Assembly (NCBI GenBank): GCA_044222185.1
Contig: JBGANV010000001.1
Span: 896,001-960,000 of the forward strand
Source of the DNA: Planctomycetota bacterium
GTDB lineage: Bacteria > Planctomycetota > GCA-002687715 > CAIWVZ01
Length of the DNA: 64,000 nucleotides
Direction of reading: 5' to 3'
In this document: positions 28,981 to 37,625 of the stretch, piece after piece
Position numbering within the stretch: position 1 is the stretch's first letter
Layout: each line of letters begins with the position of its first letter
The notes under the pieces: generated by a model
Told to the model about the DNA's origin: nothing
What the model saw: only the letters and a program-made list of their open reading frames with translations
Database searches by the model: none
Position numbers and translations under genes: made by a program

Positions 28981-30297
28981 ATGACCGATTCCCTCCGATC
29001 GACGATCGCGGCCCTGGTGGTTTCAGCCGCCGCCTTCGGGCAGTGTCCCGGGGTATTTGGGGACGACGGGTTCGACACGGGTTGCTGCACGGCACCCGTG
29101 CCCAACCTGCCTGTGTTCCCGGCGTTGACGATGACGGCCGACTGGGCCGAGCTCATGGGTTGCGGCCCCCAAAACCAGAACACCTGCCTCCTCGTTCTCG
29201 GCCCGCCGGCAATGGTCTTCTGCGACTACGCGCTGATCAGCGTCTTCGTGTCGTTTCCGGGCGGAGAGACGATCTCGGGCCAGCTCGCCGCGAAGTTCGC
29301 GCGGACCTTCAAGCAGCTTCCGATCGCGAACGGGCAGGTCTGGCGGTTCCTGGTGAACGGCGATCTGACGTGTCTGCCGAACTCATCGACCGGGTACGGG
29401 TGCACGTCTCCGCTTCCCCGTTGCGCATTCCCGTTGCCCAACGCCCCGATTCATTTCGACGGCCACGTCGACTACGTCTGCGACCCGGCCAACCCCGGAA
29501 CGATGACGGCTTCGATGAGCCTGAATCATCTCCAGGGGTGCATCTCCCACGCGTCGTGGTCCTGCATACCCATCGCCGGTTTCGTCGGCCACCAGGAATC
29601 CAGCTACCACCTCGTCGCGCCAGCGCCGTTCAACTTCGGAGTCGGCTCGCCGCCGCAGGGACCGATCTACGCCGGCTCGGTCCGCCCGTCCTACCTTCGG
29701 CTGCTGCCGAATTTCGCATACCAGTGTTACGGGGAAGCGAAGGCCGGCCCGCTCGGGACGCTCTTCACGAGCTCGAGTGCGGGCTGCCTCCTCTGCGGCG
29801 GATTCGATCAGTGCACGGCATCGGCGATCCCGTGCGGGGCCCCAGGAACCCCTGGAGGCCCCTGCTACTCGAACCAGTCACTCAACTACCCGGTTTGCTG
29901 CGGAACGGGCATCACTTCGTTCTTTCAGTCGTTTCCGGTCGCGGGGACTCCGGTTGCGTCGACGGGGCTCGTCGCCCAGGTCATCGGGACCTTCGGCTCG
30001 TTCGCTCACTACCCAGGCAACGGAACGTTGTCGGTCTACTGGGGCGTCATTCAGTACTCCGCTCCGACGTCCTGTCTGCCGGTCAACTGGCCGATCCACG
30101 CGGCAGTTGGAGTTGCGACGTCCAAGGTGCCGGCGGAGATCTTCAACCTGGTCCCGTGCCTGGGCAACCCGCCACTGATCAACAGTACTTTCGTCGACCT
30201 TCAGAACTGCTTGCCGCTGAATACGCCAGGAGTCCTGCTGCCCGGCTACGGCTGCCTGTCGGCCGCCGACGTGGTGTGGTCGTTCAGCATGGTCTGA
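28981..30297 (+). CDS. Secreted Cys/Pro/Gly-rich hypothetical protein (438 aa, 24 Cys)
   Basis: ATG at 28981, signal peptide MTDSLRSTIAALVVSAAAFG|Q and strong codon bias. Confidence 0.85.
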   Translation: MTDSLRSTIAALVVSAAAFGQCPGVFGDDGFDTGCCTAPVPNLPVFPALTMTADWAELMGCGPQNQNTCLLVLGPPAMVFCDYALISVFVSFPGGETISGQLAAKFARTFKQLPIANGQVWRFLVNGDLTCLPNSSTGYGCTSPLPRCAFPLPNAPIHFDGHVDYVCDPANPGTMTASMSLNHLQGCISHASWSCIPIAGFVGHQESSYHLVAPAPFNFGVGSPPQGPIYAGSVRPSYLRLLPNFAYQCYGEAKAGPLGTLFTSSSAGCLLCGGFDQCTASAIPCGAPGTPGGPCYSNQSLNYPVCCGTGITSFFQSFPVAGTPVASTGLVAQVIGTFGSFAHYPGNGTLSVYWGVIQYSAPTSCLPVNWPIHAAVGVATSKVPAEIFNLVPCLGNPPLINSTFVDLQNCLPLNTPGVLLPGYGCLSAADVVWSFSMV

Positions 30298-30484
30298 CCG
30301 AAGCTGCCTCCTGAACAGCACGCCCGAAGCGTCTCGGGAATGGAACTCCGCGTCCCGACATCGATGCCGTCGGCCGATGGATCGGAGGGCAACGACGAGC
30401 GACGCTCGCAGGCCCGTGTGGATTCGCCGAACGGCTGCGTCCGGCGGACGCCGCCGATAGACGTGAACTACGGCCGCAATTAGC

Positions 30485-31345
30485 TCACGACCCGCGCTGG
30501 GAGAGGGCGCGCTTCAGCGCGAGCGTGACGGGGAGCAACGCGGCGATGCCGGCGCCGCCGACCCAGTCGCGGCTGGCGATCGCGTAGGCGGCATCGACGA
30601 GCGCGAGGGTCAGGACCGCGCGGGGGACGACGGCACCAAGGCGTGACGGCGTCGCGAACGCCGGTCTCGAGACGTAGGTCGCGAGACCCAGCAGGGCCAC
30701 GGCCAATGCGGCGGCCGTTGCGCCGTGGCCTCGAACGAGCGCTGCCGCGGCAGGCGCCAGGTAGAGGGCCGGCATCAGTCCGATCGCGACGCGCGCCCGC
30801 ATCGCGGATGCCGTCCGGTCCTCGGTCTGGCTCACGATGGTCACCATCCCGAGGAGCGCCCCATGAAGGAGGGGCCACGCGAGGTCGATGGCATCTCGTG
30901 CCTCGCCGAGTTCGAGGCCTCGCGCGAGGTTCAGCGCGCGACAGGAGGCCAGCGCGAGGACTGCGATGAAGCCGGCCCCATCCGGAAGCAGGTCATAGGT
31001 GAGGATGAGGCCGGCGAGGGCTGCCGCCAGGACCAGTCCCGGGATTCCGGCGACGCCGCCCGAGGCCACGCCGAGACACAGCAGCACGAAGCCGACAGCG
31101 CGCGCGGGGTGCGGTGCGATGACGCCACTCGGAAGAGGTCGATCGGGGTGAAGCCGCCGATCCTTCTCCAGGTCGAAGACGTCGTTGAGGACGATCCCAC
31201 CCGCGTAGAGCGCACCCGAACCGAGTGCGATCGTCAGGACTCGGGGCGACCACAAGGGAAGCCGGGCGAGCGCCGCGCCGGCGAGGACGTCAGCAATCGC
31301 CGTCGGGACGTTCGGCAGGCGGATGAGGCGAAGCCACGCGCGCAC
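30485..31345 (-). CDS. UbiA-family prenyltransferase, EboC/SCO3242-like
   Basis: LIRLPNVPTAIADVLAG, LYAGGIVLNDVFD..KD....PDRPLPSG, CRALNL and multiple TM segments. GTG start 2 nt after the rseP stop. Confidence 0.85.
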   Translation of the reverse strand: MRAWLRLIRLPNVPTAIADVLAGAALARLPLWSPRVLTIALGSGALYAGGIVLNDVFDLEKDRRLHPDRPLPSGVIAPHPARAVGFVLLCLGVASGGVAGIPGLVLAAALAGLILTYDLLPDGAGFIAVLALASCRALNLARGLELGEARDAIDLAWPLLHGALLGMVTIVSQTEDRTASAMRARVAIGLMPALYLAPAAAALVRGHGATAAALAVALLGLATYVSRPAFATPSRLGAVVPRAVLTLALVDAAYAIASRDWVGGAGIAALLPVTLALKRALSQRGS

Positions 31346-31347
31346 GC

Positions 31348-33177
31348 TCAGGAGGCGATCCAGTGGCGGATGTCGTTCCAGGTGACGAAGAGCATCAACC
31401 CGAGAATCAGGATGAAGCCGATCCACGAGAAGACGTTCACGACGCCGTCCGAAACAGGCTTGCCCTTGATGCGTTCGAGGAGGAGGAAGAGCAGCCACCC
31501 GCCGTCGAGGACGGGAATCGGCAGGATGTTCAACACGGCCAGGTTGATCGAGATGACCGCGAGGAAGAGCAGGCCGCGGGAGAAGGCGATCTTCGACGAG
31601 TCGACGGACTGGCGGACGATCGTGATGATGCCGCCGAGCTTGTCCGCGGACACGCGCCGCGCGAACAGCCCACGAAGCGTGTTCAGGACGCGCGCGGTCA
31701 TCATCGTCGTGTAGTCGAAGCCGGCGCTGATGGCCTGACTCGGCGGTACCCGCTTCGTGTACAGCGGCTGTGAGTATCCGAAGTCCCGGAAGGCCTGGTT
31801 GCGGCGCGGCGCCGCCCGCGTGATGCGAATCTGGACGGTCTCGCCCGCCGCGATCGGCGTCCGCCCCCGCACGATCGTGAACGTGGCCGTGTCGACGCCG
31901 GCGTTGGCCGCCTTGATCTCGTCGAATTGCTTCACCGGCTTCCCGTCGACGGACTCGACGACGTCTCCCGGTTGCACTCCTGCGGCGGCCGCGGCACTCG
32001 CCGGCTCGGGAATGACCCGCGTGCTGCGGAACATGAGGTCGCGACGCAACGAGGCGCGGAGGTTCTCGTCCGTGAGGTCGGCGTCGAGCCGCTGCGATTC
32101 GCCACCGGCTTTCACGATCCCGATGCCGCGCTCCGGCCGCGGTCGCGCGACTGCGAGGATCAGGTCTCGCACGGACCGCACGGGGCTGGTGCCGACCGTC
32201 TCGATTCGATCGCCGGCGGCAATTCCAAGCTGCGCCGCTGGCGAGTCCTTCACCAACCGAGTCACGGTGAGATCCGGGCCAATCCCAAACAGACCCTTGA
32301 GGTCGCCGATCTCCTCCGCGGACATGTCGAGCGGCTGGAGCGTGACGTCGAGCTCGTCCGTGCCCCTGCGGACCCGAAGGAGGCGCGGGACGAATTCCGT
32401 GTGGTCCGACCGGAACTCGGCGCAGCTCATGCCGTCGACCGACAGGATGACGTCGCCAGCGCGGAGGCCTGCCGCTGCGCGATGCGCAGCAGCCGCCTCT
32501 CCGCCCTTGGGCGCCTTCTCCGGCGTGACGAGTTCCTCGGTGACCTTCAGCGGTTCGGACTGTGCCAGCAGGCCGATGCCCTGGAATCCTCGGACCGAGT
32601 CGCGCTTGGTCGGGACCTCGACCGTGAAGGTCCTGCCGTCGCGCTGGACGGCGAGCCTGACGTGATCCCCGCCGATTGCGATCGCCGTGAGAAGGTCCTC
32701 GGAGCTGAACAGCGTGCGATCGTCGACGGACAGGACGCGATCGCCAGCATGAAGCCCGGCCTCCCACGCGGCGTCACCCTGGGTGACCGAACCGATCTCA
32801 GGCACCTCGAACGGGACACCGATGGCGAATGCGATCGGAAGCGAGACGAGCGCGAAGATGATGTTCATGATCACGCCCGCCGAGATGACGAGCGTGCGCT
32901 GCGCGACGGTCTTCGATGCGAATTCGTCGCTCGCACCGGTGCGCGGAGCCGACGGCGTCTCGCCGGCCATCTTGACGAATCCGCCGAGGGGAATGAGGCA
33001 GATCTTCCAGTCAGTCGTGCCTCGCCGGAAGCCCACCAGCCGCGGACCAAATCCGATGGAGAACGCCTCGACGCGAATCCCCACTGCGCGCGCGGCGAGG
33101 AAGTGGCCCAGCTCATGCACGAATATGATGAGGCCGATGCCGACGAGCGTGAGCGCCGTGTGCAGGATGTTCAGCAT
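31348..33177 (-). CDS. rseP: RIP metalloprotease RseP with several PDZ domains
   Basis: HELGH, FSIGFGP, IPLGGFVKM, AGVIMN, NILPIPVLDGG, and repeated 'A..AGL..GD.ILSVDG' PDZ motifs. Confidence 0.95.
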   Translation of the reverse strand: MLNILHTALTLVGIGLIIFVHELGHFLAARAVGIRVEAFSIGFGPRLVGFRRGTTDWKICLIPLGGFVKMAGETPSAPRTGASDEFASKTVAQRTLVISAGVIMNIIFALVSLPIAFAIGVPFEVPEIGSVTQGDAAWEAGLHAGDRVLSVDDRTLFSSEDLLTAIAIGGDHVRLAVQRDGRTFTVEVPTKRDSVRGFQGIGLLAQSEPLKVTEELVTPEKAPKGGEAAAAHRAAAGLRAGDVILSVDGMSCAEFRSDHTEFVPRLLRVRRGTDELDVTLQPLDMSAEEIGDLKGLFGIGPDLTVTRLVKDSPAAQLGIAAGDRIETVGTSPVRSVRDLILAVARPRPERGIGIVKAGGESQRLDADLTDENLRASLRRDLMFRSTRVIPEPASAAAAAGVQPGDVVESVDGKPVKQFDEIKAANAGVDTATFTIVRGRTPIAAGETVQIRITRAAPRRNQAFRDFGYSQPLYTKRVPPSQAISAGFDYTTMMTARVLNTLRGLFARRVSADKLGGIITIVRQSVDSSKIAFSRGLLFLAVISINLAVLNILPIPVLDGGWLLFLLLERIKGKPVSDGVVNVFSWIGFILILGLMLFVTWNDIRHWIAS

Positions 33178-34316
33178 GCGCCGACCTCGTCACGGGCCCA
33201 TCGATCGGCCGCCGTGATGGTCTCCAGAGTCACCGTCCCGGGATCACGGAAGCGGTCCATGGCGTGGCCCACGCGTTGGAAGATGGCGGGGAAGTTGATT
33301 TCGCCGGCGAGAAACAGCTCGACGGCGCGCTCGTTGGCGGCGTTCATCACGGTGCCCATCAGCCCGCCCTCGCGCGCCGCGCGGAATCCGAACCCAAGGC
33401 TCGGAAACCGTGCGTGGTCCGGCTCCTCGAAGGTGAGCCCGTTGAAGCGGGGAACGCTGTAGGTCGTCAGGTCGCCAGGCAGCCGGTCCGGGTAGGTGAG
33501 CGCGTACTGGATTGGCGTACACATGTCGGGCCGCCCCATCTGCGCGATCACCGAACCGTCGCGGAACAGGACCATCGAATGGACGATCGACTGCGGGTGC
33601 ACCACCACGTCCAACTGACCGGCGGTGGCGTCGAACAACCATCGCGCCTCGACGACTTCGAGGGCCTTGTTCATGAGCGTGGCCGAGTCGACGGTGATCT
33701 TGGGACCCATCTTCCACGTGGGGTGGGTCAGTGCCTCCTCGCGCGTCACCGAGGCGAAGGTGTTCGCGGGGCGGGTCCTGAACGGACCTCCGCTCGCCGT
33801 GAGGATCAGCTTCGCGACTTCGCTCGGCCTGCCGGACTGAAGCGCCTGAAAGATCGCGCTGTGTTCGGAGTCGACCGGGAGGATCTCCGCGCCATTCTTC
33901 CGGGCCTCGGCCATGAGGAGCGGGCCGGCTGTGACGAGCGATTCCTTGTTCGCCAGCGCGAGCCGTTTGCCGGTCCGGACGGCAGCCAGGCTCACGGGAA
34001 GGCCGGCGGCCCCGGTGATGGCGTTCAGCACGATCTCGACGTCCGGGCGGGACGCGGCGGCAACGAGCGCATCCGTGCCGCCGAGCATCTCGCCGCTGAA
34101 CGTTCCGTTGAGCCGGTCCCTGAGTGCGGTGACGCGACTCGAGTCGGCGACGACCGCGACCTTGGGCTTCCACCGGTGGACCTGTGTTGCCAGTTCATCG
34201 GCGGATCGGGCGGCGGCGAGGGCTACGACCTCGAAGGTGCCCGGGAGGTTCTCGACGACTTTGAGAGCGTTTTGACCGACGGACCCCGTCGATCCGAAGA
34301 TCGCAAGCTTGCGCAT
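33171..34316 (-). CDS. dxr: 1-deoxy-D-xylulose 5-phosphate reductoisomerase
   Basis: GSTGSVG, LANKESLV, PVDSEHSAIFQ, LTASGGPFR, HPTWKMGPKITVDSATLMNK, NAANE. Confidence 0.98.
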   Translation of the reverse strand: MRKLAIFGSTGSVGQNALKVVENLPGTFEVVALAAARSADELATQVHRWKPKVAVVADSSRVTALRDRLNGTFSGEMLGGTDALVAAASRPDVEIVLNAITGAAGLPVSLAAVRTGKRLALANKESLVTAGPLLMAEARKNGAEILPVDSEHSAIFQALQSGRPSEVAKLILTASGGPFRTRPANTFASVTREEALTHPTWKMGPKITVDSATLMNKALEVVEARWLFDATAGQLDVVVHPQSIVHSMVLFRDGSVIAQMGRPDMCTPIQYALTYPDRLPGDLTTYSVPRFNGLTFEEPDHARFPSLGFGFRAAREGGLMGTVMNAANERAVELFLAGEINFPAIFQRVGHAMDRFRDPGTVTLETITAADRWARDEVGAC

Positions 34317-34463
34317 GGGGGGTCAGTCCAGGTGTGAGGGCGCTGTCCGGTTATGGTCCATCGAGTTGGGTGTCAGGGTGTCCCGCGTGCGTGGCGCACG
34401 GAACGCAGGAAGTCGCGGACTATACGGGTGAGCCCTGCTCCGGACAACGCGCCCACCGCCCTC

Positions 34464-34479
34464 TGGCATGTCATGTGCA
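34464..34479 (+). promoter_or_regulatory. Sigma-54 (-24/-12) promoter
   Basis: TGGCAT-GTCAT-GTGCA with GG-N10-GC spacing, in the divergent dxr/TPR intergenic region, 57 nt before the TTG start. Confidence 0.6.
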
Positions 34480-34536
34480 CAGGTAGGCTGTGACGGGTCC
34501 TGAATCGTGGGGTTTTCGCAACCTGGAGGTAACGCT

Positions 34537-36102
34537 TTGAAATCAACCCGGGGTGGGCGCCGCGCCGCGGCCTTCGCTGTCGTGTTGTTTCTCGGATTTC
34601 CGCTGACCGCGCAGGACACCAGACCGGGCGAGCGGGGCGAACGGCCGACGGTTTCGGAAATCCAACGGCTGCTCGGCTCGGACGACGCGCGCGGTGCCCT
34701 CGATGCGGCGACTGCAGCGCTCGGCTTCGCGCCGCGCGATCTGGAGCTCAACCTCCTTGCGTGTGCGGCCGCGTACCGGATGGATGACGTCCGGCTCGCA
34801 CGTCACTACGCGGACGTCGCCACTACCATCGCCCCGACGGATCCCCGGGGATTCGAATGGTCGGGATTCGTCCTCTTCCGGCTGGGCGAAACGGAGGCCC
34901 GCGCGACTGAGTCCTCCGTGACCAGGATGGTGGCGCAGGCCAGTTTTCTCGACGCGGCGACGTGCCATGCGGAGGCGCGGAAGCTCGGCGGCGACGGTTT
35001 CAAGAATGCATGGTTCGAGGCGGAGGCACTCCGTCAGGCGGGGAGTTTCGATCGCGCGCTTGCGGCGTGCGACGCGGCCCTGGCGCTCAAGCCAAAGGAC
35101 GCGTCGGCCCGCGTCTTGAAGGGGCGGATCCTCAACGACGCGAAACGGCCCGCCGATGCGCTGGCGGAGTTCGACGCCGTGTTGTCGGAAACGCCGGATG
35201 CGACCGAGGCCGGGGAGGCCGCGCTGAACGTGATCACGACCCATCTCGCGACCGGTGACCGCGTGATGCTGGCTCGCCGGTTCAAGGAGTTGACGACGCG
35301 GTACCCGGGGACGTGGGCCGCATCGATGTACCGGTCGATGAACAATGCGTTTCGCGGAGCGGGGGACGACAGCTTCTGGCCCGATCTCCTGGCATCGCTG
35401 GCGTCCAGAGGCGACTCGGACACGCTCGGCATCTATTACCGGGGCGACCTGGCGCTGCGGCGCGGTCGCACCAAGGAGGCCCTGGAGACGCTGGGCCACT
35501 ACGTCCAGCTCCTTCCGAACGAGCCCTACGGATGGATCTCACTGGGGACGGCGCAGACCATGGACGGGAAACTGGCCGAGGCGCGGACGTCACTCGGACG
35601 GTCGTTCGACCTCGGCGTCGACCGGGACGATGCGACCAAGGCGTTCCGAACCCTCGTCGCTGCGTACCACACGGCGAGGAAGTATGCGGAGGCTGCGGAG
35701 GTCCAGGCGTTCGTCGTGTACCTGACGGACGATGACGCGGATCGTCTCGATCATGCAGTCATCCTGCTGGATGCGGGTCGGTTGGATGACGCGGAGAAGG
35801 GATACCAGCTCATGCTGGCTCGACGGGACCTCCCGGCTCAAACGCGCGCGAAAGTCCTCAACTACCTGGGGCTCCTCCGGCGCGGCCTTTCGAACCTGAA
35901 AGAGGCCGAGGCGCTTTTTCGGGAGGCAGTCCAGTATTGGCCGGACGACCTGGACGCCAAGGAGAACCTCGCCGTCCTGCTCATCCAGACCGGCCGCGCC
36001 GATCAGGCGAAACCCCTACTCGACGACTGTCTCCGCGTGGAGTCAGGCCGTGTCCGCTCCATACATCACCGGCTTCTCGCCGAGTTCCCCGGAATGCCGT
36101 GA
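34537..36102 (+). CDS. Secreted tetratricopeptide-repeat protein
   Basis: TTG start with GGAGG at 34525-34529, signal peptide ...AFAVVLFLGFPLTA|Q, and many TPR-like repeats. Confidence 0.82.
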   Translation: MKSTRGGRRAAAFAVVLFLGFPLTAQDTRPGERGERPTVSEIQRLLGSDDARGALDAATAALGFAPRDLELNLLACAAAYRMDDVRLARHYADVATTIAPTDPRGFEWSGFVLFRLGETEARATESSVTRMVAQASFLDAATCHAEARKLGGDGFKNAWFEAEALRQAGSFDRALAACDAALALKPKDASARVLKGRILNDAKRPADALAEFDAVLSETPDATEAGEAALNVITTHLATGDRVMLARRFKELTTRYPGTWAASMYRSMNNAFRGAGDDSFWPDLLASLASRGDSDTLGIYYRGDLALRRGRTKEALETLGHYVQLLPNEPYGWISLGTAQTMDGKLAEARTSLGRSFDLGVDRDDATKAFRTLVAAYHTARKYAEAAEVQAFVVYLTDDDADRLDHAVILLDAGRLDDAEKGYQLMLARRDLPAQTRAKVLNYLGLLRRGLSNLKEAEALFREAVQYWPDDLDAKENLAVLLIQTGRADQAKPLLDDCLRVESGRVRSIHHRLLAEFPGMP

Positions 36103-36197
36103 CCGCGGATGCCCGTCCGGTTGACCGGAAGCGCACGGCGCACGTACGATCTGCGGGAGCGACGAATGTCCTGCCTCGGCGGAGCCTTCACCCCACC

Positions 36198-37625
36198 ATG
36201 AACACACGACGAATCGTCTCGTCCGGCGTCCTCTTTCTCCTCGTGATCAGCAGGCTCGTGCTTGCTCAGGGTACGCCGCTGCCGGATGCGGACATGAAGA
36301 AGCTCGTCGACAGCCTCGGGCGCGCCTTTCCGTGGCCCGGAGTGCAGTCGGATGACAAGAAGCGCAAGGAAGGCCGCGACGACTTCGGCAAGGAACTCGA
36401 GCGGATCTCGAAGGCGAATGCGACGCCCCCGCTCCTCTCGCGCATGGATGTCTGGGGCGAGATCTTCGCTCAGCAGCGTGTGGGCATGAAGGCGCCGGCC
36501 GGGCTCGGTGGTGTCGTGGACAAAGTGGTCAAGCGCACGACGTCCGGCAAGGCTGTCGAGTTCCATTACGGCCTCTACCTGCCGTCCAACTACGACGCGA
36601 AGAAACGCTACGGCCTGATCGTCGCGCTTCACGACAAGCCGGAGAAGGACAAGCAGACCACAGGGCAGAAGTACCTCGAAGAGGTCTGGATGAACAAAGG
36701 CCTTCCGAAGGCCGACCGGGACAAGTTCATCATCGTCGCTCCGACCATGGGCCCGAACGCCGGTGGCAAGGAAATCCGCATCGAGTGGGGCGACAAGTAC
36801 CACTTCTACAACGTCTACTGGCCTCTCACGGACGTGATGACCAACTACGCCGTCGACACGAGCCGCATCTACCTCGACGGCACCGGCGACGGTGGGAACT
36901 TCGCGCTCCTCCTGGCGACACTGCGACCCCACCAATGGGCCGGCGTCGCCGCGCGCAACACGGTTCCCAAGGACACGGCCTCCCTCACGAATCTCGAGAA
37001 CGTTCCGACGACGTTCCATTACCGGAAGGGCGGCGCCTTTGCGACGACCGTTGGTCTGATCTCTGCGCTCGAGCAGCTGAAGACCGTGAACGGCGTGCCG
37101 GTGACGCTCAAGGAATACGACCCGCTTCCCGAGGCCCAGGAACGCGCCGCCAAGGGAACCCAGGCGACCGACCCGATCCATGACGCGACGACGGCGATCG
37201 CCGCAGGCTTCGCAGAAGCCGTTCGAACGACGGCCGCGAAGAAACTCACCTATCAGACCTCCGACCACATGTTCGACCGCGCCTATTGGGTGCGGCTCAT
37301 CACGTTCGACACGGCCGGACAGCCGGCGAAGGTCACCGGGACGGTCGACTCCGCGACGAACACCATCGACCTCAACGTCGAGCGCGTGGACGAGCTGCGT
37401 CTGTTCCTGCAGGACTCGATCGTCGACCTCACGAAGCCCGTGAAGGTGATGGTGAACGGCAAGCTCAACGTCGAGCAGAAATTCGAGCGTTCGATCGACG
37501 AGCTCCTGAAGTTCTACGAGAAGAACAACCTGGATCCGTACGGTGCACCCACGGCGATCCTGGACGTGAAGATTCCCCTCGCGGCGCCAGAGACGAAGCC
37601 CGGTGACAACCCTCCCAAGGACTGA
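36198..37625 (+). CDS. Secreted alpha/beta-hydrolase-fold protein lacking the nucleophile Ser
   Basis: Signal peptide, LYLPSNYD.KKRYGLIVALH, IIVAP, YAVDTSRIYLDGTGDGG, LTNLENVP, RAYWV, VDLTKPVKVMVNG. Confidence 0.78.
   Translation: MNTRRIVSSGVLFLLVISRLVLAQGTPLPDADMKKLVDSLGRAFPWPGVQSDDKKRKEGRDDFGKELERISKANATPPLLSRMDVWGEIFAQQRVGMKAPAGLGGVVDKVVKRTTSGKAVEFHYGLYLPSNYDAKKRYGLIVALHDKPEKDKQTTGQKYLEEVWMNKGLPKADRDKFIIVAPTMGPNAGGKEIRIEWGDKYHFYNVYWPLTDVMTNYAVDTSRIYLDGTGDGGNFALLLATLRPHQWAGVAARNTVPKDTASLTNLENVPTTFHYRKGGAFATTVGLISALEQLKTVNGVPVTLKEYDPLPEAQERAAKGTQATDPIHDATTAIAAGFAEAVRTTAAKKLTYQTSDHMFDRAYWVRLITFDTAGQPAKVTGTVDSATNTIDLNVERVDELRLFLQDSIVDLTKPVKVMVNGKLNVEQKFERSIDELLKFYEKNNLDPYGAPTAILDVKIPLAAPETKPGDNPPKD

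Noticed and set aside
30485-32767. Apparent 760-aa UbiA fusion, and similar N-terminal extensions of udk, fabG, thiL, aconitase and the GT2 genes in the ORF track
   Set aside because: The extensions overlap real upstream genes or non-coding DNA and translate to junk. The true starts are downstream.
34392-34407. Second GG-N10-GC match (TGGCGCACGGAACGCA) upstream of the TPR gene
   Set aside because: It lacks the T-rich -14/-15 positions. The site at 34464 is the better match.
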